Of a stretch of 64,000 bases of DNA, positions 8,450-17,278 are shown piece by piece (the first letter of the stretch is position 1; the number at the start of each line of letters is the position of its first letter). Location of the stretch: assembly GCA_964021785.1 (NCBI GenBank), contig CAXIAX010000001.1, forward strand, positions 3,368 through 67,367. Reading direction: 5' to 3'. The DNA comes from an uncultured Flavobacteriales bacterium (GTDB lineage Bacteria > Bacteroidota > Bacteroidia > Flavobacteriales_D > CAJJDF01). The notes beneath the pieces were generated by a model that worked only from the letters and a program-made list of their open reading frames with translations, was not told the DNA's origin and did no database searches. The position numbers were made by a program, and so were the translations under genes.

Positions 8450-9817
8450 ATGATATTAGATTCTAATGATACAATTTGTGCACTATCTACAGCAAATGGG
8501 ATGGGTGCGATAGCAGTAATACGTGTTTCGGGTAACGAAACTTTTCCTATAGTTTCTTCCATTTTTTCAAAGGAATTATCCGAAAAGAAAACTCATACAG
8601 CTCATTTTGGCGTAATAAAAGAGAAAGGTGAAATAGTGGATGAGGTTTTATTAACTGTTTTCAAAAACCCTCATTCGTTTACGGGAGAAGATGTAATTGA
8701 AATTGCTTGTCATGGATCAGTTTATATTCAACAACAAATATTAAAATTATTATTGTCTAAAGGATGTAGACTTGCCAAGCCAGGTGAGTTTTCTATGAGA
8801 GCATTTGCTAATGGAAAGTTTGATTTATCTCAAGCAGAAGCAATCGCAGATTTGATTTCATCTACCACAGAAGCTTCTCATAAATTGGCCATGCAGCAAA
8901 TGCGTGGAGGTTTTTCTGATGAAATTAATGGACTAAGAGAAGAGCTAGTTAATTTTGCTTCGCTTATAGAATTGGAATTAGATTTTAGCGAAGAGGATGT
9001 GGAGTTTGCAGATAGAACACAATTGAATGAATTATTACAAAGGATAGAAACTAAGCTGAAAAGCTTAATAGATTCTTTTTCTTTTGGAAACGCAATAAAA
9101 AATGGAGTTCCAATTTCAATTATTGGCGCACCCAATTCTGGAAAATCTACTTTGTTGAATAAATTCTTGAAAGAGGAAAAAGCGATAGTATCTAACATTG
9201 CGGGAACAACTCGTGATATTGTAGAGGATGAAATTGTAATTGAGGGAATAAAATATCGATTTATTGATACGGCTGGAATTCGTGATACTGAAAATGAGAT
9301 TGAAAAAATAGGAATTGAAAGAGCGATAGAAAAAGCAGGAAAATCTGCTATTATTCTTTATTTATTTGATGCAAGTGCAGATTTGGAGCAAGTGAAAGCA
9401 GAGTTTGATTTATTAAAATCACAATTGATAGATGATTCGATTGATGTAATTTGGGTTGCGAATAAAATAGATTTATTGGAAGATAAAGCTAGATTAAATG
9501 GAATGGAGGGTATTCAAATCTCTGCTTCGGAGGGGGAAAATATAGAGGTGTTAACTCAAAAAATAATTGAGATAACAAATTCCAAACAATCTCAAGAACA
9601 ACAAGTAGTGGTAACCAATGTACGTCACTATGAAGCATTGACCAAAGCCAATGAAGCAATTGTGCAAGTAACAAGTGCATTAAATTTGGGAATTCCTGGA
9701 GATTTGGTAGCGATAGATATTCGCCAGGCACTTCATTTTCTTGGGGAGATAACAGGAGAGATATCAACTGATGAATTACTAGGTAATATATTTAGTAAGT
9801 TTTGTATTGGAAAGTAA
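8450..9817 (+). CDS. mnmE: tRNA modification GTPase MnmE (TrmE)
   Basis: 455 aa. G-domain motifs GAPNSGKSTLLN, DTAGIR and NKIDL, plus the hallmark C-terminal FCIGK. Confidence 0.95.
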   Translation: MILDSNDTICALSTANGMGAIAVIRVSGNETFPIVSSIFSKELSEKKTHTAHFGVIKEKGEIVDEVLLTVFKNPHSFTGEDVIEIACHGSVYIQQQILKLLLSKGCRLAKPGEFSMRAFANGKFDLSQAEAIADLISSTTEASHKLAMQQMRGGFSDEINGLREELVNFASLIELELDFSEEDVEFADRTQLNELLQRIETKLKSLIDSFSFGNAIKNGVPISIIGAPNSGKSTLLNKFLKEEKAIVSNIAGTTRDIVEDEIVIEGIKYRFIDTAGIRDTENEIEKIGIERAIEKAGKSAIILYLFDASADLEQVKAEFDLLKSQLIDDSIDVIWVANKIDLLEDKARLNGMEGIQISASEGENIEVLTQKIIEITNSKQSQEQQVVVTNVRHYEALTKANEAIVQVTSALNLGIPGDLVAIDIRQALHFLGEITGEISTDELLGNIFSKFCIGK

Positions 9818-9924
9818 TCATCCCTAATAATAACCATCAATATTAGTCTTGTTGAGTTAAGAAAAGGTTACTATTTTTTATATTAAATTGATTTAAGATT
9901 AACGTTATAGGTTTTTGATAAAAG

Positions 9925-9932
9925 TATCTTTG
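9925..9932 (+). promoter_or_regulatory. Candidate -7 box (TATCTTTG) for the adhesin gene
   Basis: Exact TAnnTTTG match 22 nt upstream of the ATG at 9954. It lies inside the tracked TTG-9915 extension, which argues for the 9954 start. Confidence 0.4.
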
Positions 9933-9953
9933 CAAAGTCTAATAAATACCGCA

Positions 9954-12900
9954 ATGAAGTTTATAATTACATTTTTGTTTTCATGTTTTGCCTTTTTATC
10001 TGGTACATCACAATGTCTAGAAATTACAAGTATTTTTGTTAATTCTTGTGGTACAGTAGAAGGACAAAATGAGATGTTTACGTTTAAAACGGGTACGAGT
10101 GATATTTATGTTCATGATATTACTGTAAACTGGCCAAGTAATAGTTTTCTTAATTGGTGTACTAGTGCAACTACGGCAAGCACTACGGCTTATTTTAACT
10201 CTACGGTTGTTTCGGGATGTGGACTTTTAATAGAGCCACTTAACGATACTATTCCTGCGGGATCCAAAGTAATAGTAATTACATCTACCAGTGTTAGTTT
10301 AACCAATAATAGTTTTTCTAACCTTGCCGATACTATGTATGTGTTATACCAATGTAGTGGTAATACAGCTGGTCATTTTGGGAATTCACCTTCAGGATCT
10401 AGAACTTTAGTAGTTTCGGTAACGGGAACATGCTCAGGTTCTACAAGTGCAAGTTATACGGGTGCTATTCCAAATGTAAATGGCGCAACTGCAGTTTTTG
10501 ATGCATCAGGAAATGTATCTTATGTGAATAATGGATGTAATGCTCCTGTGGTAACAAGAAACACAGATTGGGATTTTCCGGCAAGGATTTGTAAGGATTA
10601 TGGAACAATATTATTAGACACAACTTTAAGTTCACTTGCTACTTCAGGAGGTACATGGAGTGGACCAAGAGTTACAGGAAATACCTATAATTCTGGATCT
10701 TACTTAGGGTTAGATTCTATAACTTACCAATTGTCTTCTTCCAATTCTTGCTCTAGTTTAGATAGCACAATTGTTTTTACTGTTTATAAACCAAAAGTAG
10801 ATTCTTTCTCATTTCAATCTTGCACCCCAATATGGGTTAATGGTATTTCTTACTCTTCTGACACTGTATTCTCAGATACGGTTGCAAGTAGTAATCCTTT
10901 TCAGTGTGATTCTATGATTTTTGTTCAAATTATCATTGGAAGTTATGTATTAGATTCTAGTTATTTTGCTAGTTGCGATTCTGTATTGGTAGATGGAAAT
11001 TCATATAAAAATGATACGCTAATAAGAGATACAGTTTCTGGAGCAGGAACTACAAATACTATTGATACTATTTTGCATACTGGATTCGAGAATTCTGAAA
11101 GTTGGAACAATCACAGTTCAGGAAACTGGACAGAAACAGATGTAAATGGAATTTGGAGCGGCTCAGGGATGTACGCCAATATGGGAAGTACCAATAATGG
11201 AACTAGAAAAATTGGGATGAATGATGTGGGTGATTACATAGAATTACCACTTGTTAATAACCCTACTAGTTTATCTTATTATGATAGAATAAATTCTTCT
11301 TCCACAAATTTAAATGTATTTGCAATTCAGTATAATAACGGAACCAGTTGGGTAACGCTTCAGTTAGATACATGTACTCATACTAATTATCAACTTGTAA
11401 ATGTAGATTTGACTAGCTTAACAGGTCAAACCGGAGTTCAATTAAGAATTTATAGAACTCAGGATAATCGTTCAGGTTATATTGACGACTTAACCGTATA
11501 TGGTACAACCATAGCCACAACTCAAAGTTGTGATACAATTAAGGTGATAGAAGTAAAAATCTTAAGACCAACTACCTTTACTCAGGTTTCCAGTTCTTGC
11601 GATAGTGTAGTGAGTGTAACAGGAAAGATTTTCAAAACAAGTGGAACTTATCAGGATACAATAGTTAATTCTGCAAGGTGTGATTCTATTATTACCTATA
11701 ATGTAACAATCAATTCGGTAACTTCTTCTACTCAGGTTTCCAGTTCTTGCGATAGTGTAGTGAGTGTAACAGGAAAGATTTTCAAAACAAGTGGAACTTA
11801 TCAGGATACAATAGTTAATTCTACAGGTTGTGATTCTATTATTACCTATAGTGTAACAATCAATTCGGTAACTTCTTCTACTCAGGTTTTAAATTCTTGT
11901 GACAGTGTTGTAAGTGCAACAGGAAAGGTATTTAAATCAAATGGAACTTACCTAGATACAATAATAAATACTTCAGGTTGTGATTCTGTAATTACTTACA
12001 ATATAACAATAAATTCAGCTACTACTTCTTCTCAATTAGTCACTTCTACAGATAGTATAATTAGTGTAACGGGAAAAATATTTAAGGTTTCGGGAACTTA
12101 TTTGGATACCATACCTAATTCTAATGGATGTGATTCTATTCTGACTTATAATGTTGTTATTAGTTCAACAACTACGTCAACACAAGTAGTTGCATCTTGC
12201 GATAGCATAATTAGTGCAAATGGAAAAGTTTTTAAATCATCAGGGATTTATTCTGACACAATAATTAATGGACATGGTTATGATTCAATAATCACTTATA
12301 ATGTGACAATAAATACTGCAACATCATCTACGCAAAACTCAGTTTCATGTGATAGTGTAGTGAGTGTAACAGGTAAAATTTACAGAACTTCTGGTGTTTA
12401 TCAAGATACAATTACAAATGGAAAAGGGTGCGATTCTGTAATTACTTATGCTGTAACTATAAATACCAGAACCTATTCTAATCAAAATTTGGCCTCTTGT
12501 AATCAAGTAGTAAGTGCATCAGGTAAAATATTTGCAGCATCTGGTAATTATTTAGATACAATTGTTAATTCTGCAGGTTGTGATTCTATTATTCTATATT
12601 CCGTTACTATAAGAAAACCCACATCCTCTATTCAAAATGAAACTTCTTGCGATAGTGTAGTGAGTGCATCAGGCAAAGTATATAAAACAAATGGTAGATA
12701 CCTAGATACAATCGTTAATTCTGCAGGTTGTGACTCCATACTTATTTATAATGTTTTAATAAATTCTAAAAGAACTTTAGATATAGGAAGTGACACAATT
12801 ATTTGTGGGAACACTCCATTTTTTCTTTCAGCCCCTGGGTATTCAGATTATGTTTGGAACACTGGAGATACAACTTCTTCGATCCGTGTAAGCACTTCGG

Positions 12901-13475
12901 GATTGTATACATTATCCGTATATGGATCCAATTGTCCAATTCAGGATTCTGTATTGGTACAGTTTGTCGATTTACCATCAGCAAGTTTTGGGAAAGATAC
13001 CGCTTTGTTTTGCGGGCAAAACATTGTACTTGTCGCCAATAATTCAATGCCAGGTTTCTATACACTTGTATGGCAAGATGGAAGTACTCAAGATTCTTAT
13101 CCAGTAAACAGTCCAGGTGTTTATTCGGTATTATATTCTGCTCCAAATGGATTGTGCTCTGTAGAGTACAGTATAAATGTTACATACAATTGTGATTTGT
13201 TCATTCCCAATTCTTTTTCTCCAAATGGAGATGGGTTAAATGATGAGTTTGTGCCTTATTCTCATAACGAATTAGACCGTTTCGAGTTACAAATATTTAA
13301 TAGGTGGGGAGAATTACTATTTACATCAACAAATAGTGCAGAGGGATGGGACGGAACTTTTTTGAATGAAAAAGCGCAGCAAGGAGTTTACATTTGGAAA
13401 TTGAAATATGATTTCTCTAATGATGCTGCAATCAAAACAGAATTGAAATTTGGTCATGTAAATTTGGTTAGATAA
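9954..13475 (+). CDS. Large repeat-rich cell-surface protein (putative adhesin) with a T9SS type-B (gliding-motility-associated) C-terminal domain
   Basis: Signal peptide MKFIITFLFSCFAFLSGTSQ. Eight tandem 50-aa Cys-containing repeats. The C-terminus IPNSFSPNGDGLNDEFVPY...FELQIFNRWGELLFTS...GWDGTF...GVYIWKLKY...GHVNLVR fits the type-B sorting-domain pattern. Confidence 0.9.
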   Translation: MKFIITFLFSCFAFLSGTSQCLEITSIFVNSCGTVEGQNEMFTFKTGTSDIYVHDITVNWPSNSFLNWCTSATTASTTAYFNSTVVSGCGLLIEPLNDTIPAGSKVIVITSTSVSLTNNSFSNLADTMYVLYQCSGNTAGHFGNSPSGSRTLVVSVTGTCSGSTSASYTGAIPNVNGATAVFDASGNVSYVNNGCNAPVVTRNTDWDFPARICKDYGTILLDTTLSSLATSGGTWSGPRVTGNTYNSGSYLGLDSITYQLSSSNSCSSLDSTIVFTVYKPKVDSFSFQSCTPIWVNGISYSSDTVFSDTVASSNPFQCDSMIFVQIIIGSYVLDSSYFASCDSVLVDGNSYKNDTLIRDTVSGAGTTNTIDTILHTGFENSESWNNHSSGNWTETDVNGIWSGSGMYANMGSTNNGTRKIGMNDVGDYIELPLVNNPTSLSYYDRINSSSTNLNVFAIQYNNGTSWVTLQLDTCTHTNYQLVNVDLTSLTGQTGVQLRIYRTQDNRSGYIDDLTVYGTTIATTQSCDTIKVIEVKILRPTTFTQVSSSCDSVVSVTGKIFKTSGTYQDTIVNSARCDSIITYNVTINSVTSSTQVSSSCDSVVSVTGKIFKTSGTYQDTIVNSTGCDSIITYSVTINSVTSSTQVLNSCDSVVSATGKVFKSNGTYLDTIINTSGCDSVITYNITINSATTSSQLVTSTDSIISVTGKIFKVSGTYLDTIPNSNGCDSILTYNVVISSTTTSTQVVASCDSIISANGKVFKSSGIYSDTIINGHGYDSIITYNVTINTATSSTQNSVSCDSVVSVTGKIYRTSGVYQDTITNGKGCDSVITYAVTINTRTYSNQNLASCNQVVSASGKIFAASGNYLDTIVNSAGCDSIILYSVTIRKPTSSIQNETSCDSVVSASGKVYKTNGRYLDTIVNSAGCDSILIYNVLINSKRTLDIGSDTIICGNTPFFLSAPGYSDYVWNTGDTTSSIRVSTSGLYTLSVYGSNCPIQDSVLVQFVDLPSASFGKDTALFCGQNIVLVANNSMPGFYTLVWQDGSTQDSYPVNSPGVYSVLYSAPNGLCSVEYSINVTYNCDLFIPNSFSPNGDGLNDEFVPYSHNELDRFELQIFNRWGELLFTSTNSAEGWDGTFLNEKAQQGVYIWKLKYDFSNDAAIKTELKFGHVNLVR
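11581..12780 (+). repeat. Eight in-frame tandem 150-bp repeats (50-aa modules) inside the adhesin gene
   Basis: Unit starts fall at 11581, 11731, 11881, 12031, 12181, 12331, 12481 and 12631, an exact 150-nt period. Units 1 and 2 differ at only a handful of bases. The consensus module is SCDSVVSVTGKIFKTSGTYQDTIVNSxGCDSIITYNVTINSxTSSTQ. Confidence 0.95.
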
Positions 13476-13542
13476 TCTCGTGATTAGTCATTTTTTATAG
13501 GTTAGAAAATATTTGTTATCTTCATTCCTATAAATTAAAACT

Positions 13543-14577
13543 ATGATTGTAACCAAAGGAATTAGCTTTGCACGAATATTGAAATGGTCGGGAAAATCTA
13601 TGATAAAGCTAATCGTCATAATGACAGTTGTGGCGTTAATGTATCAATTCGAAATAATAAAATTTCATATTCCTTGGCTTCCAATTTCTGTAATAGGAAC
13701 TGCAGTAGCATTCTATGTTGGTTTCAAAAACAATCAAGCTTACGATAGAATGTGGGAAGCGAGAAAAATATGGGGAGGAATTGTAAATGACAGTAGATCT
13801 TGGGGAATGTTAGTCGGTTCTTTTATTTCTAATCAATTTACAGAAAAAAAAATAAGTGAAGATGAGCTGAAATCAATCAAGAAAAGACTTATGTATAGGC
13901 ATATGGGGTGGATTTATACTCACAGGGAGCAATTACTAATCCCAACATCTTGGGAGCATGCAAGTCAAAAAGGAATGACAAAAACGACTGCCGATTATTA
14001 CCGAAAAAATTATGGATTAGGACTTCTTGGAGAACAAACAGGGCAAATAGCTTTAAGTAATTTTTTATCACAAGAAGAGGTAAAGAGATTAAAAAAACAT
14101 AAAAATACGGCTACTCATATCATAAATGAACAGTCGAAAGATTTAGCACAGCTAAAAGAAGCGGGATTGTTAGATAATTTTAGACACATGGAATTATCTA
14201 AGATATTGAAAGAGTTTTATAATCATCAAGGGAAAAATGAACGAATAAAAAAGTTTCCTTTACCAAGGCAGTATGCTAACATAAGTCGCTATTTTGTATT
14301 TATTTTTGTTGCTTTATTGCCATTTAGTATGATTCCCGAATTGATGAAAGTTGGGAGTTGGGGGCTTTGGTTATCTATTCCAATTACAGCACTTATTGGT
14401 TGGGTTTATGTAATGATGGAAATGGTGGGAGATTCTTCCGAGAATCCATTTCAAGGGATGGCAAATGATATTCCAATGTTGTCTTTGTGCAGAACCATAG
14501 AGATTGATTTGAGAGAAATGTTGGGAGAAACGGAACTTCCTCCTTCCATAGAATCTGTTAATGGGGTTCTGATGTAG
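13543..14577 (+). CDS. Bestrophin-family (YneE/UPF0187-like) anion channel
   Basis: 344 aa membrane protein. AVAFYVGFKNNQAYDRMWEARKIWGGIVNDSRSW matches the bestrophin/RFP-TM signature as I recall it. Confidence 0.65.
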   Translation: MIVTKGISFARILKWSGKSMIKLIVIMTVVALMYQFEIIKFHIPWLPISVIGTAVAFYVGFKNNQAYDRMWEARKIWGGIVNDSRSWGMLVGSFISNQFTEKKISEDELKSIKKRLMYRHMGWIYTHREQLLIPTSWEHASQKGMTKTTADYYRKNYGLGLLGEQTGQIALSNFLSQEEVKRLKKHKNTATHIINEQSKDLAQLKEAGLLDNFRHMELSKILKEFYNHQGKNERIKKFPLPRQYANISRYFVFIFVALLPFSMIPELMKVGSWGLWLSIPITALIGWVYVMMEMVGDSSENPFQGMANDIPMLSLCRTIEIDLREMLGETELPPSIESVNGVLM

Positions 14578-14589
14578 AAAAATGATAAC

Positions 14590-14928
14590 ATGCAAAACAT
14601 CCTTTTTATATGCTCCGCAAACAAAGATAGGTCAAGAACTGCTGAGGACTATTTTACCGAACATTATACGAGCTTAAGTTTTGATTCTGCAGGAACAAAT
14701 TGGAAGATTTGTAATCAGTTAGGAACTACTTTTGTTTGTCAGGACCAATTGGAATGGGCTGATAAAGTTTATGTGATGGAAACAAAACATTTGAAAAAGA
14801 TAAACGAGATTTTTGGGAAGGGGTATTTTAATAAAATTGAAGTTTTACAAATCAAAGACGTTTACAAATACAATCAAAAAGAATTAATAGAGTTGTTGAA
14901 AGATAAACTTGATTTTTGTAATCGATAA
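14590..14928 (+). CDS. Small low-molecular-weight phosphotyrosine-phosphatase-like protein
   Basis: 112 aa. ILFICSANKDRSRTAE contains the C-x5-R-S P-loop of LMW-PTP/ArsC-like enzymes, and a possible general-acid Asp lies in ...QIKDVY. Confidence 0.55.
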   Translation: MQNILFICSANKDRSRTAEDYFTEHYTSLSFDSAGTNWKICNQLGTTFVCQDQLEWADKVYVMETKHLKKINEIFGKGYFNKIEVLQIKDVYKYNQKELIELLKDKLDFCNR

Positions 14929-14967
14929 ATAATTCATTGTCTTAAATTCGCTTTTCAAAACCGAATT

Positions 14968-16014
14968 ATGCTTAATACAAAAAGAACATTTATAGAGAGA
15001 ATTTCCTTACAAAAAGTAGGAAGTAAGCAAAGAGAGGAATTAAATTTCTTGGCAACAGAAGAAGTTGCATTAACGGATAAAGAAGATAAAGCGCTAAAGA
15101 GTTTTTTCTTAAGTTCGGTAAAAGCATCTGATGAGTTGAGTAAATTTACACATCACATAAGCATGGAGTATAACACCATGTATGATTTAACTAAAAAGTA
15201 CTTTAATGATGAACAGGATTTTATTCCTTATTCTAATGCCGTTTTAGGGCATTTGTATGAGAATTCTACTCATCCTCAAATAAAAACGGGAGAGTTGTTT
15301 GTGGTAGAGTTTCACGACATAGAATTCAATGATATTATTACAACAGCAATTGGAGTTTTTAAAATAGAAAAAAAATTAGAGTTTCTTAATTTCAATCACA
15401 GAGAGGATGGAATTGATTTTATCATTGATAAAGGAGTGAAACTGCAAAAAATAGACAAAGGTTGTTTGATAATAAATACAGAAAAAGATGACGGATTGAG
15501 GATATTTTCTGTAGATAATAATACCTATGATGCATCTTATTGGAAAAATGACTTTTTGGGAGTAGATGAAGTTCATAATGATTCATTCCAAACGAAACAT
15601 TACCTGAGTATGATTTCAGATTTTTCGGCAAATTTGGTCGTAGATAATGATACTTTGGCACAAAAGGATTTTATCAACCAAACAATGAAAGTATTCAATG
15701 AAAATGAATTCATCAATTCAGATATTTTGAAAGATGAATTGCTGGAACCTTTTGAGATTACAGAGAAATTTGAGGAGTATAAAGAGGAATACAAGCAAAT
15801 TCATAACCTGGATTTGGAGGCAAGTTTTAATATTGAGCAAACTACCTTAAAGAAGGAAAAGAAAAAAATAAAGTCCGAAATTTCTCTAGACACTAAGATT
15901 CAAATAAAAATTGATGCAGACGAAATTGACACAGTAAAAGAAAATATAGAAAGAGGATATGATGAAGAAAAGAAAATGCATTATTATAAAGTGTATTTTA
16001 ATGAGGAGTTGTAG
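14968..16014 (+). CDS. Nucleoid-associated protein, NdpA/YejK (NA37)-like
   Basis: 348 aa. The size and the N-terminal pattern (IERISLQKVGSKQREELNFLATEEVALTDKEDKALKSFFLSS) resemble Bacteroidota NA37-family proteins. Assignment is from memory only. Confidence 0.45.
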   Translation: MLNTKRTFIERISLQKVGSKQREELNFLATEEVALTDKEDKALKSFFLSSVKASDELSKFTHHISMEYNTMYDLTKKYFNDEQDFIPYSNAVLGHLYENSTHPQIKTGELFVVEFHDIEFNDIITTAIGVFKIEKKLEFLNFNHREDGIDFIIDKGVKLQKIDKGCLIINTEKDDGLRIFSVDNNTYDASYWKNDFLGVDEVHNDSFQTKHYLSMISDFSANLVVDNDTLAQKDFINQTMKVFNENEFINSDILKDELLEPFEITEKFEEYKEEYKQIHNLDLEASFNIEQTTLKKEKKKIKSEISLDTKIQIKIDADEIDTVKENIERGYDEEKKMHYYKVYFNEEL

Positions 16015-16203
16015 CTTTTGTATTTAATAATCAGATTGAAAGAGAGGAGCTTATTTGTGAAGATAGACTCCTTTTTTACGAATTGAAACTCCTTTTTTTA
16101 ATATTTAAACCGTTAGTTAAAATATTAACCCTCATGAAGGGAGAATTTTGTTAAATATTCCGTTATTAATCGCTTAATTTTTAAAACTCTAATTAATTAT
16201 TAG

Positions 16204-16211
16204 TAATTTTG
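16204..16211 (+). promoter_or_regulatory. Candidate -7 box (TAATTTTG) in the long leader of the glycan locus
   Basis: Exact TAnnTTTG match about 258 nt upstream of the first glycosyltransferase ATG. It is the only exact match I saw in the 454-bp intergenic region. Confidence 0.25.
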
Positions 16212-16468
16212 TAGCCCAATAAAGATTGGCTCGATTGTTGTATTAATTGAGAAGTTAGCTTTTGATCTGTATAATATTTAAGTATATGTAAATTAGATTG
16301 ATAGAATTAAATGCTAGCTTTAATTGCAATAAGTTGAAAAAAAGTCCGTTTGAAATCCAAGTGGTCTGATTTATAATAGTTAAAAGATTGTAAGTTAAGG
16401 CAACTTAATTTAAAAACGGAACGTATACAAATTGTGAAGAGGAATAATAAAAGGTAAAAAAAGACCGA

Positions 16469-17278
16469 ATGAATAAAACTATAGTACTAATCCCGCATTA
16501 TAATAATCTAACAGATTTGTGCAAAACATTAAATTCTATCAAACATAAAGATGGAATTGATGTGCTTGTAGTGGATGATGGAAGTGCTATAGATCAAAAG
16601 CCAAGTTTAAAAGTTCTAGAAGATGAGTTGAACCCAAGAGTGAATATTGAAATCTTGAGGTTAGAAAACAACTATGGAATTACGGAAGCATTAAATTATG
16701 GTTTGGATTACATTCTAAAGCAAAGGAAACATAAGTTTGTTGCAAGGATAGATTGTGGAGACGTTTGCGTATCCAATAGATTTAAAATTCAAGAAGATTA
16801 CTTAATTAAGAATAAAAATATTGATTTGGTTGGTTCATGGGTGAATTGGATCGATTCAGATTCAGGGGAACAAGTTTTTGCTAAAAAACCACCAGTTTCT
16901 CATAAGAAAGTAAAAAAACAAATGACAGTAAGGTGCAGTGTGATTCACCCTTCGTCTATGTATCGTTTATCTGTGGTAGATACATTAGGTAAATACCCTA
17001 AGCAATATGAAGCGGCCGAAGATTATGCTTACTTTTTTGATATAGCTAATAATGGAAAAGCAGCTAATATTCCTAAGTTCCTTACTAGTGTAGAGAATAA
17101 TCCTAAAGGGATTTCTTTGAAGAAAAGAAGACAACAGAGTAAAAGTAAATTAAAAGTGATTCTAGATCATAGCCCTAAAAATTTGAATTTATTATACAGT
17201 GTGCCATATAATCTTGTCTTGATGAATATGCCAACTTCCACTGTGTTGAAAATGAAAATGAAAATTTTTAAGAATTAA
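16469..17278 (+). CDS. Family 2 (GT-A) glycosyltransferase
   Basis: IVLIPHYNN...VLVVDDGS N-terminal Rossmann-like signature and the later acidic RIDCGD motif. Confidence 0.8.
   Translation: MNKTIVLIPHYNNLTDLCKTLNSIKHKDGIDVLVVDDGSAIDQKPSLKVLEDELNPRVNIEILRLENNYGITEALNYGLDYILKQRKHKFVARIDCGDVCVSNRFKIQEDYLIKNKNIDLVGSWVNWIDSDSGEQVFAKKPPVSHKKVKKQMTVRCSVIHPSSMYRLSVVDTLGKYPKQYEAAEDYAYFFDIANNGKAANIPKFLTSVENNPKGISLKKRRQQSKSKLKVILDHSPKNLNLLYSVPYNLVLMNMPTSTVLKMKMKIFKN

Noticed and set aside
9915-9953. Tracked 5' extensions using TTG or early starts: 9915, 19570, 33509, 33981, 41898, 43090 and 8267.
   Set aside because: In each case an internal ATG gives a canonical N-terminus (signal peptide, lipobox, HTH or a conserved family start). 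The extension overlaps an upstream gene, a promoter-like box or an operator-like repeat.
11581-12780. A regularly spaced 150-bp repeat array that could superficially suggest a CRISPR or satellite locus.
   Set aside because: The period is a multiple of three and the units sit in frame within a long ORF that has a signal peptide and a T9SS C-terminal domain. There are no unique spacers. These are protein-domain repeats.
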